Assembly (NCBI RefSeq): GCF_009914755.1
Contig: NC_060932.1
DNA: 64,000 nucleotides
Source: the human T2T-CHM13v2.0 reference genome, Homo sapiens
Strand: one strand, 5' to 3'
A program made the position numbers and the translations under genes. Below, in pieces: positions 29,781 through 42,829 of the stretch (position 1 is its first letter; each line of letters opens with the position of its first letter). The notes under the pieces are model-generated. The model saw only the letters and a program-made list of their open reading frames with translations. It searched no databases and was not told the origin of the DNA.

Positions 29781-30135
29781 TGATATGGTTTGGCTGTGGC
29801 CCCACCCAAATCTCATCTTGAATTGTAGCTTCCTTAATTCCCATGTGTTGTGGGAGGGACCCAGTGGGAGACATGTGAATCATGGGGGCGGTTTCCCCCA
29901 TACTGTTCTTGTGATAGTGAATAAGTCTCACGAGATCTGATGATTTTATAAGGGATTTCCCCTTTCTTTTCGCTCTCATTCCCTCTTGTCTGCTGCCATG
30001 TGTCTTGTGTCTTTCACCATGATTGTGAGGTCTCCCCTGCCGCGTGGAACTGTGAGTCCATTAAACCTCTTTTTCTTTATAAGTTACCCAGTCTCGGGTA
30101 TGTCTTTATCAGCAGTGTGAAAACGGACTAATAAA
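29781..30135 (+). mobile_element. THE1B-like solo LTR
   Basis: TGATATGGTTTGG...GGACTAATAAA with TSD GTAGT (29776-29780, 30136-30140). Confidence 0.92.
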
Positions 30136-30920
30136 GTAGTGAAATGAGGTTTTTTCACCTCATGGAAAATAGACATTGTATGACCCATCAGTTTCCTGTT
30201 ATTTTAACCTTCACTAGGGTCATGAAAAAACTCAGAGCAAGTTGTATTTCTTCTCTCCTACTTGCTCTGTCATCTGTAGAAATTAGCTGAGGTAAAGAGG
30301 CACCTTCTTCTCATTAATCATTGTAAGTTAAGGAATAATTTTATTGCTGTGAATGTTTTGGGCCGCATGCCCATTTCAAAGTTGAAGATGTTAAGCCGAC
30401 CCATTTTCTCATAAGATGTATGTTTCTGCATCTTCAACCAATATTCCTTGGTCTGCTAAAATACATTAGAAAGTAGGAAAGATAAATAGACTCACATAGC
30501 TGTTTTGAGGCAGCAGATTGAACCATAAGGCATATAGAAGTTATAGTTTTATGTCTGCTTATACCATAATAAATAACTTCAAAAATAGACAAATTCTTTG
30601 CAAAATAAAACTGTAGGATAAACCAGAAGGCTAGAAACACAAAATACTGAATGATCAAGTCAAAATAGAATCCTCACTTTGCTTAGTGACCAAACCTGAT
30701 TCAGAATAAAGCAATTATGCAAGGTATAAGAACATCAGGTGAAAATGCCTCTAAATAAATAAAATGCAGCATTTGTTTCACAAATATTTGAAATTTCAAT
30801 ATAATAGAACACAAATTAAAATGGCTTCATTACAGAAATTATAGCCTTAAGTTTGCCTTTTTGTAAAAAAAAAAAGAATAATTATATTCTATCTTTAAAT
30901 AGATTGTAAACACCACAAGC

Positions 30921-30923
<3 letters not shown>

Positions 30924-30950
<27 letters not shown>
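30924..30950. repeat. (TG)n microsatellite
   Basis: Direct. Confidence 0.95.
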
Positions 30951-30955
<5 letters not shown>

Positions 30956-31261
30956 CACTAATGTATGTCCGGCATATAGAAGGTGTACAATAAATAGTTG
31001 TTGGATAGATTTTATAAAAGAGTTTCCTGTATATAATCTCATATGATTTCACCTGATCCAGCAGTCTTAATGTATAGTAGACACTAGTCATATGTATTAG
31101 CCCATAGGCACAGACTAAAGAGTGCAGTACCCATCTGTGTCTGTCTACTTGATAGACACCAAATCTCTCAGTATTCATTGGATGGTGATGCCTTCTGCAA
31201 AGATTTGGTCAGACTCAATTCAGCCCCCTCCATTCACTACCGCAACACCATATTTTATTTT

Positions 31262-31418
31262 ATTTTTACTTATTTATTTTTGTTTCTATTTTTTTAGAGA
31301 CAGGGTCTTACTCTGTCACCCAGGTTGGAGTGCAGTGGCACCATCATAGCTCACTGCCATCTCGAACTCCTGAGCTCAAGCCTCAGGCCTCCCAGAGTGT
31401 GAGCCACCACTCTCAGCT
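31262..31418 (-). mobile_element. Deleted AluJ/FRAM fragment
   Basis: GAGACAGGGTCTTACTCTGTCACCCAGG...; flanked by CATATTTTATTT repeats. Confidence 0.8.
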
Positions 31419-31978
31419 CATATTTTATTTTCTTAATAATTTTTACAATTAGAAGAAATTATATTATTCAGCTACACATTTACTCGTTTATTGTTTCTCC
31501 CATCCCACTAAAATGTAACTTCCATGAACAAAGGGTCCTTGTCTGTCTTAGACCCTAAGGAAGTACCTCATACCCAGTAGACACTGCAAGATTTCTATGT
31601 ATAAATGAATCAGTGGGTCAGCCATCTACTTGGAATTATTTGTCTGGATTATCTTTTGTTCAATTACTCTCTCTCTTTGCATACTTTACTTGAGTGGCAC
31701 AACTGTTTGTCTGTTTTTGTTTGTATGCTTGTGGCTTTTCTTTTTCTCTCTTTCCTCCCCCGTGATGTGGATTTCCTCCTTGGTGCACGGGTGAGGCACC
31801 CTCGAAGACCTAGCAGGATCATGGTAGAATCTAAGAAAAAACAACCGTGAATTGAATGGCTTAAGCTAGCTCTTCTCTATTATCTCAAAAAAGGTATGTT
31901 GTTTCTACCTTGTATTCATCTTCATGTTTCCTCTAATCTCATCAGAGAGGTAAGACCACAGGAGTCAAGAATAAGGAA

Positions 31979-32576
31979 ATATGTGCCACATTTTCTTTAT
32001 CCAGTCTATCATTGATGGATATTTGGGTTGGTTCCAAGTCTTTGCTGTTGTGAATAGTACCCCAATAAACACATATGTGCATGTGTCTTTATAGAATGAT
32101 ATATAATCCTTTGGGCATATAGCCAGTAATGGGATTACCAGGTCAAATGGTATTTCTAGTTCTAGATCCTTGAGGAATCCCCACACTGTCTTCCGCAATG
32201 GTTGAACTAATTTACACTCCTACCAACAGTGTAAAAGCATTCCTATTTCTCCACATACACCATGGAATACTGTACAGCCATAAAAAAGGATGAGTTCATA
32301 CCCTTTGCAGGAACATGGATGAATCTGGAAACCATCATTCTCAGCAAACTAACACAAGAACAGAAAACCAAACACCGCCATGTTCTCACTTATAAGTGGG
32401 AGTTGAACAATGAGAACACATGGACACAGGGAGGGGAACATCACACACCAAGGCCTGTGGGGGGATGGGGGGCAAGGGGAGGGAGAGCATTAGGAGAAAT
32501 ACCTAATGTAGGGGACGGGTTGATGGGTGCAGCAAACCACCACAGCACGTGTATACCTATGTAAAAAAACTGCACG
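31979..32576 (+). mobile_element. L1PA (PA7-like) 5'-truncated, 5'-inverted insertion lacking poly(A)
   Basis: 31979-32256 antisense encodes ORF2 ...KTWNQPKYPSMIDWIKKMWHI; 32257-32576 sense continues MEY..AIKKDEF...3'UTR; AATAAGGA repeats at 31970-31977 and 32578-32585. Confidence 0.92.
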
Positions 32577-32675
32577 AAATAAGGAGGCCAGTGGGCACAT
32601 CTAAGCCTTCAGCTAGGCAAGAAAATGACCTTTGGAGTCTCACATTCATTCTGTTCCTTCTGTTTACCATAATAA

Positions 32676-33267
<592 letters not shown>

Positions 33268-35122
33268 TGAAAAATAAAATGAATGTTGTAATACACATTT
33301 TCATTATTATTTATTCCTTGGTTGGGTGGCAAACTGTTAAGGTAAATTGATTGTAAGACAACCAGGCAATGCTAAAGACATAAACCAGCCTTAACATTTA
33401 AATAATAGGAACATCCTATGACCACTTCGACTCATTGATTTGTCATGTTCACTTATTGCTTCTTTTTCTCCTTCCAGGCAATTTTCTGGAAAGACTGAAA
33501 AGTTTTTGTTCTCATTTTCTTCAATATGGCAGTAATCCTAAATCTTAAAGCAATAAAAATAGCCATTATAAATTCAAGGAAAGAGTTGGAATATTTTTTT
33601 ATAAAAATCTGACTATGTCCTCTCACTCAAGTCACTTAAGGAGTTATTTGTACAGCTCCTGCTGCTATTCAAAGTAGCCAGAGCTCTAATTCAAGTAATA
33701 TCCTTTCTTCTTCAATTCCGCATACTTCCTCACCCCTGTGGGTCAGCACTTTGTTCAGTATTTGTGACTGGATTACTGGTCTTTCCCCAACAACTACTAT
33801 TTTTCTTCCATTTCTGGGTTTCTTCTCTTCTCACGTTATGAAAGCCATACTTTTGTACTTAGCTTTTACACTTTCGAGAACATTCGGTCTTTAAAAGCAA
33901 GAACACTGTCTTAGCTATCTTTTGATCTCCAACAGTGATTGTCTTTACAAATGGAAGCAATGGTGAATATGCAATGATTATCCTTTCCTCTTTGCTCCAC
34001 TCATCCCCAATAATTTAATATGTTTGTGATAATTAGATTTGCATTGAAAATGGAAATTTAGAGAAAACTTTAGGCTAATAATGGACATTGTCCTCTAATT
34101 GGACATTAGCTGTAACAAGTCTAGGCTAGATCCTAAGGAATTAACCAAACACCCTAAGCACTTTCATCTTCAATCCTATTACATTTAAATGGGTATCTAG
34201 GTCTTTTGAAATTTTAATCACCTAGAAAGCTGCTGTTAGTTTCCTAGAGCCTGCTGGGTGAAATTATTATCCCACAGCATTTGTACTGCAAGTCCTAGAC
34301 GCTCTTGGAGAAATAGCACCACATAACTTTCTCTTCCCTTACAGTCAAAAGTGGTAAAATCTCCAAAGAGATGACTCAAAGCCTGGTCAAGGAACTATAT
34401 CAGTAAACACAGTAATCACATGAGTTTGTCAAGATGAAAAATTGGCTCCTTATGTGAAACCAAACAGCTTTTTTTTCTGTGTCACCATTCCAGGCGAAAA
34501 AGAGAATGATAGCTTTGTACAGGGTGGGTAGAGAGGGTCTTGTTCTGGGTTCTGATATATAGGCTTAAAATTTAAGGGGAGGAATTTAGTTTTGGCAGGA
34601 AAAAGTTCTCAACTGTAACAGTTATTTGACACTGGAATGTAATATAAAAGAAAATCACAGGTTGCTTCCATAAGATTTTAGATTTTTAAATGTTGTACTG
34701 AATCCTCTGAGGGCTACTAGGAGCAAAGAAATAGCATCTTAAAGAAGAGACCTGTGATTCTATAAATGTATTTAAATATAATGAAGAGTTTGCTAACACT
34801 AGTGATTTTCAAAGAGTGGAACAAGTAATTGGAAACGTAAAGAATATCATTCTAAAGGTTTAAACACAAAAAGATGTATACTTCAATTAGACATGGTTTC
34901 TAAAATTAATTCAGTATTCAAAAATGTAATCCCAAACATAAGTATCTCTGGAGTCAACAACATCAATTAACACTTTACACTCACAGAATACCTGGCACTA
35001 AGTAAAACATTCCCAAAATAAAGTGTTTGCCCTCTCTGCATTCACATTCGGCACGGGATGGTACAACCTGAATATTACAAAGAGTCAGTCTGAAACCATT
35101 TTAAAGTTTGAATTATAAATCA

Positions 35123-35219
35123 GTTGTAGAGTCAGAATTATACAACTTTAGGGGAGAAACATGAGTCACCACGGTTGTAAATCAGAATTATACAACTTCT
35201 GGGGAGAAACATTGGTCAC
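35123..35219. repeat. ~50-bp imperfect tandem duplication
   Basis: GTTGTA..TCAGAATTATACAACTT..GGGGAGAAACAT..GTCAC x2. Confidence 0.9.
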
Positions 35220-35657
35220 TATCTCATAAAACTAAGATTCTTTTTTTCTCATTTTTGTTTTTTAAATAGCTGTCTTCTTTTTAAGAAGAAAAAAAACCAT
35301 ACACTCATTAACTTTCTCAATATCTGTCATGGTCACATTTTAAGAGATGGAGAAAAACAATCCAAATCATTTAGCGTACCACAAGTGAATTAATCCACCT
35401 TTCTCAGAGATAGTTGGGATATTTTCATCCCAGTGTTACTAATCAATTACAAAGCCTACTCTGGAGAGGAAAGACTCTAATTTAAATGCAAGCAGCATGT
35501 GAAGCTCTTCTTTTTTATTATTATTTCAAGTAAATTGTTTCATTAAAAACCTCAGGAAGGAGATGGCTTCCTGTGCTTGTACAGAGAAAAGTGCCCGGGA
35601 CAGATAAATAAGTCAGCAGAGCCCAAATTAACTTGCTTCATTATCTCATCCACTCAC

Positions 35658-35840
35658 CTACACAGAAGAATCTACCTTTCTGGATCTCTCCCTTCCTCCG
35701 CGCTCTCTCCCCACGTCATTGCTTCCCATCCGGGAGAAAAGACTAGAGAACAAGTTTCAGTTCACTCTCTCTGAACACTTCCCTGGAGACGGCTCTAACT
35801 TTGACTATTATGCACTTCAAATGTTATGCAGCAGCAGCTG
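35658..35840 (-). other. Candidate non-coding first exon of an unidentified minus-strand transcript
   Basis: Minus-strand donor TAG|GTGAGT (exon end 35658; alternative AAG|GTAGA at 35676); local CpG cluster; TATA-like element ~25-30 bp upstream of 35840. Confidence 0.5.
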
Positions 35841-36260
35841 CCGGGCATCACGTCGGGGCAATATTTAAATATTATGCCTACCAGCTGTGTTTTCTTAAAT
35901 AGTACCTTTAAACGTCAGTGGCTGTGTTTGTGATAGACTCTACAAGGCATGGAATATGCATTGCAAAATCATTTTCTCCTCTAGAGATTTAACAGTTCCA
36001 AAAATGTCTTTACATCGGTAAGAAAAGTTTGCCTTTCTTCAACGCTTCCCCCCGTATATAACTGAGTTAATGAGTGTTCCTTGCTTGCAGCTATCTTTCC
36101 AAAGGCAGGCACCAAATATGAAAAAACATTCATCAGTGAAACTTTAAGCAAGAGAATAAGCCAATGCATTGAAACCTGGGTAATGGGTTCCGGATGACTG
36201 AAGTTGAACAAGAGTCGCAGTCAGGACTGGGGGCCATTATGATAACTATAAATAGAAGTA
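35841..36260 (-). promoter_or_regulatory. Candidate Pol II promoter (TATA-like, CRE-like, E-box, MEF2)
   Basis: Palindromic AATATTTAAATATT 35860-35873; TGACGT half-CREs at 35912-35917 and 35713-35718; CAGCTG at 35835 and 35882; consensus MEF2 CTATAAATAG 36246-36255; lies in a repeat-poor stretch. Confidence 0.5.
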
Positions 36261-37799
36261 AGGTTAGCGCTACTGGCTCTTTGATCATTTTTCAGTCTAT
36301 AGCTCACAAACTCCTGTCGTTAAAAATTCTAAGAATTACTATGCAATTGAGCAGGCAATGAATGTTTTTTAATACACAGGTTTTTTTTGTAGAATGTGTA
36401 TACCTGAACCACTCTTTTTAGGTAATTCTGGAAACTATATGCAAAAAAAAAATTTTAAACCGAAATTAGAAAATATTATCACAAAATAGTGGCTCGTGTA
36501 CAGGATTCTCTGAATCCAAATGATCCCAAACCACATCACAAAACAGTTAAATTAGTGTAAAAATTTATGTAGGAAGACAGATTGTTATTTCCACACTGTA
36601 ATAGACAGAGTGACTCATTCCCCTAAGGGTAAGCATGCATCCTGCTACATTTTTCAAATGTTATAAAGGTAACTTATCTCTAGTCCATATTGTCTCCAAA
36701 AGTAACAGTCAGGGTAGCAATACTGCAGATAAGCAAGAATAGGACAATTGGACAAGACCAGGGGCTTAAGTCTTGTCACCTGTTATCTAGAATTGGTCTG
36801 GCTTTGACGTATTAAATTCTCATTCTACCACATCTTTTAATTTCTAGGTCTACTGCCTCCTCTGTTTTCTTGGATCCTTTTCAAACCCATCCTGCCTTCA
36901 TATTCTATACTAATTACTTAGATTCTATTATCCATCATGCATCACTTTGTTCACACTTTGTCAATATTTTCAACTTTTTTGAGCCAGTGTTCTTCCTTCT
37001 CTCCAAAGTTTCTATTACTTGTTAAATTAGAGAGATACTAGAACAAGCTAGTGATTACTTAAAACATGAATATTTCATGTTTATTCAATCTTTCCATAAC
37101 CCTTGTTTAGAATACACTTTAGCCACTCCAGAATTTTGCAATTCTTCTGTACCCTGAGAATATACATTTGCATTTTTACCTTTTTTTCAATTTTCTCTTT
37201 GCTGGCAGTTAAAGATTAATTTTTCTCTTTGCTCTAATAGCCTTGTGCGTTTGATGTTGGTGGCTAATAAATTCATAATGCTAATGATCTTAGACATATC
37301 TAAGTATCTTTTGGTCTTCAAAGTGCTAATAATTGAACTTCCAACACGGTTAAGTGTAGAGGATACACCCTCAGGCTCTGACAGCAGTTCCAAATATCAT
37401 CAGACAACTGAGAACTCTTGTGCTGAGTGACCTGGGATTTCTTAAGCAGATTCAACTGAACCTTACAATATTTAAGGGACACCCAGAAAGACGATAATTC
37501 CGCTACAGGAAGCGGGAATGCCAACAATCATAAATTGGCAACATAATGCAGAAAAGGACAGCTGAGTTTTTGCTAATGCCAAGGCAGAAGCAGTAGAGGG
37601 TTGACTGACACTAAGAAGATTATCTCTGGATTTTCAATACAGCAGGCAAATGAATACTGCAGATAAACACACTATCAACTTTATTCTTACAACCCTGATA
37701 TTGACTTTAATCTTGACCTTGGAATGGCTTCTCTGTACACACAAAGCCTGTTTGAAATGACATTTTTTTAAGGTGAAACAATAATTTATCTAGTGATGA

Positions 37800-37940
37800 A
37801 CTTGTATTTAGATGTTTACAGCTGGCCAGCCAACTAAGTGCTTTACATACATCTTGTCTGATTTAATCCTTACAACAACATGATGAGCTCACTATGAACT
37901 CCCATAATTTACAGACAGGGAAACTGAGGCTTGGTGCAGA
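37800..37940 (-). mobile_element. MIR
   Basis: ATTTAATCCTTACAACAAC..., TTTACAGACAGGGAAACTGAGGC. Confidence 0.7.
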
Positions 37941-38435
37941 ATCAATCCAATATCAGGGCCTGAGCAATTATATCCCATTCCTAGACTGCACCCCAGTAGT
38001 TTGTGTTTCAGTATTCTGGCTTCCTATAGTTAACAATCTGGACAATTACCGATAATTATAAAAAACAAGGGCTGATAATTATAAAAAGCAGGTACTAAAA
38101 ACAGTGCAGAGCAAATGACAGTGGGTAATTGACAGGATTCAGGGTATAAGAAAAAAGAAAAGCACAATTCACCGCAAGTTCCAGCCTTCTCTATGGGAAA
38201 AGCAGGCCACTGACTATGTAGTGATCTTTACGACCTTGAAGCTTTCTTTAGCCAGAAATTGAAGGTCTTTGTCTCCAGTCTTCTTTAGAGCCAGGCATTC
38301 TTATCCTTAACTACTTTAGGGGCTTTTTTAAGGACACATGTATATTAACTAGGCTGTTACGTTTCCTAGGAAGCGGAACACATTAATTAAGTGAAGGAAT
38401 TATTTCATCTACTCCAGATCATTACTATCTCTTTT

Positions 38436-38737
38436 TCGTTTTTTTTTTTTTTTTTGAGATAGAGTCTCACTCTGTTGTCCAGGCTGGAGTGCAGTGGCAC
38501 AATCTCGGCTAACTGCAACCTCCGCCTCCAAGGTTCAGGCAATTCTCCTGCCTCAGTCTCCCGAGCAGCTGGGATTACAGGCCTGTGCCACCAAGCCCAG
38601 CTAATATTTGTATTTTTAGTAGAGAAGGGGTTTCACCATGTTGGCTAGGCTGGTCTCGAACTCCTGACCTCAAGTGATCCACCTGCCTCGGCCTCCCAAA
38701 GTGCTGGGATTACAGGCACGAGCCACCATGCCCGTCC
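38436..38737 (-). mobile_element. AluS
   Basis: Antisense dimer, TSD ATCTCTTTT (38427-38435, 38738-38746). Confidence 0.95.
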
Positions 38738-38779
38738 ATCTCTTTTCAATTAATAGACACACACATATAAAGATTTCTG

Positions 38780-39500
38780 TGAAGAGACGTTTTACACTTC
38801 ACTTATTCAAGTCCTAGATCCGTTCCCATCACTTCAGTAAAGCTGTTTTGCCAAGGTGACCTGGTGGTTATTTTTAGTTCTTATCTTATTCTCTACAGTA
38901 TTCTCCATTCGACATCTTTCTCCATTTGAAGTAGTCCCTTTCTTTGGATATGAGCGCATTACTCTCTCCTCCTTTCCTTGTTCTCTGACTCTCACAGCTC
39001 CCTCTCTCTGCAAGCTACTATTCTTTTACCGATCCATCAAGTGCTGGAGTTTCTAGGGGCTCTGTTCCAAGCGTCTTCTCTTCACACTCTACATATTCAG
39101 TCTGGGCACCTCACTCACTCATGCAGTTTCAGTTTCCATATTTATGCAGACAACCCTGAAATCTCTATCTTCAGCTCAGAATTCTACACAGAAGTTCAGG
39201 CCTATATATCAAAATGTATACCAGCTCTCTTAGACACCCTGCAGACACCTTACATTCCATAATTCGCAAAATCCAGTTGTCTTTCTCCAACTGAAAAACC
39301 TGTTCATTTTCTGTATCTCAGTAACCTGAGTGTCACAGTCCTCATCCCCGATATCCTATCAACCACCATCTCCTGTATATTCTACGTATTAAGCACATCA
39401 TTACCCTCTGTCCTCCTTATCGCTCATTTAATGCCAGATGCCATCTCTCCTCTGGATTATACAACCAACTACAGAAGGTCTTCATGCTTCTTGGTCCCAT
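38780..39500 (+). mobile_element. L2 remnant, followed by Alu left-arm fragment (minus, about 39505-39613)
   Basis: ATGCAGACAACCCTGAAATCTCTATCTTCAGC, CTCCTCTGGATTATACAAC phrases. Confidence 0.6.
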
Positions 39501-39849
39501 AGATAGGACCTGCCATGTTGCCCAGGCTGGTCTCAAACTCCCGACCACGAGCAATCCTCCCACCTCAACCTCCCACAGCGCTGGGATTACAGGCATAAGC
39601 CTCCTCACCTGGCTTCACTCTACTATTAATAACCTCAAATTTGCATGCTGCTCTTTACTGCTATTAATAAGCATTAAAGGCTTGCAGTTGGTGTCTTCTC
39701 AGAAGGCTCTTCTTCTACTTCTTAGAAATAGAATAACAAATTCTACATTGCCTTCTATTTTCAAGTTAGATGCTACATCCATAGCAAAGTTTCTTCTAAC
39801 TCCAGGATCTGGCTAGCCTACTCCCGCTGTGTGCTGCCAACATTCCTAA

Positions 39850-41364
39850 TGTGTCTGGAATTGGTGGGTTCTTGGTTTCACTGACTTCAAGAATGAAGCC
39901 ACAGACCCTCGTGGTGAGTGTTACAGTTCTTAAAGGTGATGTGTCCGGAGTTTGCTCCTTCTGATGTTCAGGCATGTTCAGCGTTTCTTCCTTCTGGTGG
40001 GTTCGTGGTCTCGCTGGCTTCGGGAGTGAACCTGCAGACCTTCACAGTGAGTGTCACAGCTCTTAAGGCAGCACGTCTGGAGCTGTTCATTCCTCCCATC
40101 CGGAGTTGTTCACTCCTCCCGGGGGGTTTGTGGTCTTGCTGGCCTCAGGAGTGAAACTGCAGACCTTGGCGGTGAGTGTTACAGCTCATAAAATCAGTGC
40201 AGACCCCAAGAGTGAGCAGCAGCAAGATTTATTGCAAACACCGAAAGAACAGAGCTCCCACGGTGGGGAAGGGGACCTGAGCAGGTTGCCACTGCTGGCT
40301 TGGGCAGCCTGCTTTTATTCCCTCATCTGGCCCCACCCACATTCTGCTGATTGGTCCATTTTACAGAGAGCTGATTGGTCCATTTTACAGAGAGCTGATT
40401 GGTCCATTTTGACAGGGTGCTGATTGGTGTGTTTACAATCCCTGAGCTAGACACAAAAGTTCTCCAAGTCCCCACTAGATTAGCTAGACACAGAGCACTG
40501 AATGGTGCATTCACAAACCCTGAGCTAGACACAGGGTGCTGATTGGTGCATTTACAAACCTTGAGCTAGACACAGAGTGCTGATTGCTGCATTCACAATC
40601 CCTTGGCTAGACATAAAGGTTCTCCAAGTCCCCACCAGATCAGCTAGACACAGAGCACTGATTGGTGCATTTACAAACCTTGAGCTAGACACAGAGTGCT
40701 GATTGGTGTATTTACAATCCCTTAGCTAGACCTAAAGGTTCTCCAAGTCCCCACTAGACTCAGGAGCCCAGCTGGCTTCACCTAGTGGATCCCACACCAG
40801 GGCTGCAGGAGGAGCTGCCCCCTAGTCCCACGCCCTGCGCCCACACTCCTCAGCCCTTGGGCGGTCGATGGGATGGGGCGCCATGGAGCAGGGGGCGGTG
40901 CTCCTCAAGGAGGCTCCAGCTGCACAGGAGCCCACCATGGCCGGGAGGCTCAGGCATGGTGGGCTGCAGGTCCTGAACCCTGCCCCACGGGGAGGCAGCT
41001 GAGGCCCAGGGCCAGCACTGCTGGGGGACCCGGTGCACCCTTCGCAGCTGCTGGCCTGGGTGCTAAGCCCCTCACTGCCTGGGCCGGCGGCAGCCAGCTG
41101 CTCCCAGTGTGGGCCGCCGAGCCCACACCCACCTGGAACTCGAGCTGGCCTGCAAGGGCTGCGCAGCCCCGGTTCCCACCCATGCTTCTCCCTCCACACC
41201 TCCCTGCAAGCTGAGGGAGCCAGCTCCGGCCTTGGCCAGCCCAGAGAGGGGCTCCCTCAGTGCAGCGGTGGGCTGAAGGTCTCCTCAAGCGCCGCCAGAG
41301 TGGGCGCCAAGGCCGAGGAGGTGCTGAGAACCAGCGAGGGCTGCCAGCACGCTGTCACCTCTCA
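39850..41364 (-). mobile_element. LTR12C (ERV9) solo LTR
   Basis: Minus strand begins TGAGAGGTGACAGCGTGCTGGCAGCCCTC and ends CCACCAATTCCAGACACA; 4-bp TSD CTAA (39846-39849, 41365-41368); GC-rich U3; tandem repeats with seven CCAAT boxes at 40350-40706. Confidence 0.95.
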
Positions 41365-41914
41365 CTAATACTTATTCCTCTCCATGTAGTACCTTAATTG
41401 CTTAATGCTACATGAATGAGAGGAATGAATGAGATGCTAGTGCTGTAAATTTTCAACATTTAAAGTACTTAAGACAGAGAAGTGACTAGATGATATGGTG
41501 GATAGGGGAGTTATACTGAAGCTGCATTTAAATAGCAGGCGTAATGTTTCTGCTTCTATTTATTGTTTATTTGGTATGATTTGGAGGGGTTCATTATTAC
41601 TATGAGAGTAAATTGGGTCTATGAGGGTCTAAAATTTCTCACAAGCCACCCATTAGTATCACTAATGAAATAAACCAGTGGTTTGCAAACATTTTTCATT
41701 TAAGCTTCTATCAGTAAATAATATGAGCATGTACCTTTAATGTGTGGATTTTATAATTTATAGATTATACACATGTACTTATATATAATATACCTTTTAA
41801 ACATTCTCAGAAACAAAGTTTTAAAAAATTTTAAGATAAATGGAGATTCTAAATTTTTCTATACCTTGGTCGACCATCTATTGATTTCTGTTTAAAGATC
41901 ATCTTTACAAATGG

Positions 41915-42156
41915 TTTGTTTTTCATTTCTGTGGGTACATGGTAGGTGTATATATTTATGCGGTACAGGAGATATCCTGATACAAGCATGCAATGCATAA
42001 TAATCACATCAGGGTAAATGGGGTACCCATCCCCTCAAGCATTTGTCCTTTGTGTTACAATCCAGTTGTACACTTTTAGTTGTTTTTAAAGTACAATTAA
42101 ATTATTACTGACTATAGTCACCCTGGTGTGCTATCAAATACTAGGTCTTATTCATT
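41915..42156 (-). mobile_element. L1MA 3' end fragment
   Basis: GTGGGTACATGGTAGGTGTATATATTTATG...GACTATAGTCACCCTGGTGTGCTATCAAATACTAGGTCTTATTC. Confidence 0.85.
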
Positions 42157-42829
42157 AAAAATGGGTTTTGAAGACAGGAAATGTATTAGGTTGGTTAGCT
42201 GCTATAACAACATCAAAGATGGGTCTAGCACAGAGCTCAGGATATAGTAAGCACCCAGTAGTTATCAAGCGATTGAAAGACAGAAAGTTTGCGCTAAAGA
42301 GTAGAGTAGCTTATGGAATGCGGTCTAACCACCAGTGGGATGCATGAACACTCACAAGATAACTCCTTCAAGGAAAATTTCTCAAAAACATATAAGAAAA
42401 AGTGCTTGCTCGCCAAGATGGAAAAGACAACCATACATAGACAAACACTCCATCATTTCCTTTTAAATCTAAGCAGCTTTTTGATGGGTTTTGTAAAACT
42501 AATTTCAAACATTTTCAACGACTCTCAAAATAGTTGTGACTATTAATAAGGTTTGAGGGAGAGAGATAAGAATAGATTCATTTTCATAAGCAAAATTATC
42601 ACTGTATTTGTGAATACTATTTTACTTCAAATATTTTCCTTGAAGATTTCTATCTTAAGTGGTTTTTAGAACTAAGCTATGCCAAAATTCTGCATCTGTG
42701 ATGTCAGAAAATATTACCCATTGTTCTGGCCACATAAGGGCAAAGTACAATTTCAAAGACATACTGAAAATGGTGGCCAAGGTTTTACAGTTTGTCAGAA
42801 GTTAGCTGGAAAAAGAAAAAAACATTATT

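Noticed and set aside
31965-32564. ORFs with clear protein homology
   Set aside because: L1 ORF2 C-terminal remnant of a truncated, inverted element; not an expressed CDS.
35658-35840. Assigning a gene name to the candidate first exon (considered SPARCL1, FILIP1, MAPK10)
   Set aside because: It does not match my recollection of those 5' UTRs, and no coding exon in the window allows identification.
37187-37527. Three overlapping 60-70 aa ORFs upstream of the candidate promoter
   Set aside because: Non-ATG starts, no recognisable homology or splice support; lengths are within chance expectation.
40340-40760. Regularly spaced repeats superficially like a CRISPR array
   Set aside because: Known LTR12 enhancer tandem repeats without unique spacers; eukaryotic DNA with no cas genes.
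40106-41368. Dense overlapping ORFs and CpG-island-like GC content
   Set aside because: Entirely inside the GC-rich U3 of LTR12C; stop-poor composition explains the ORFs.
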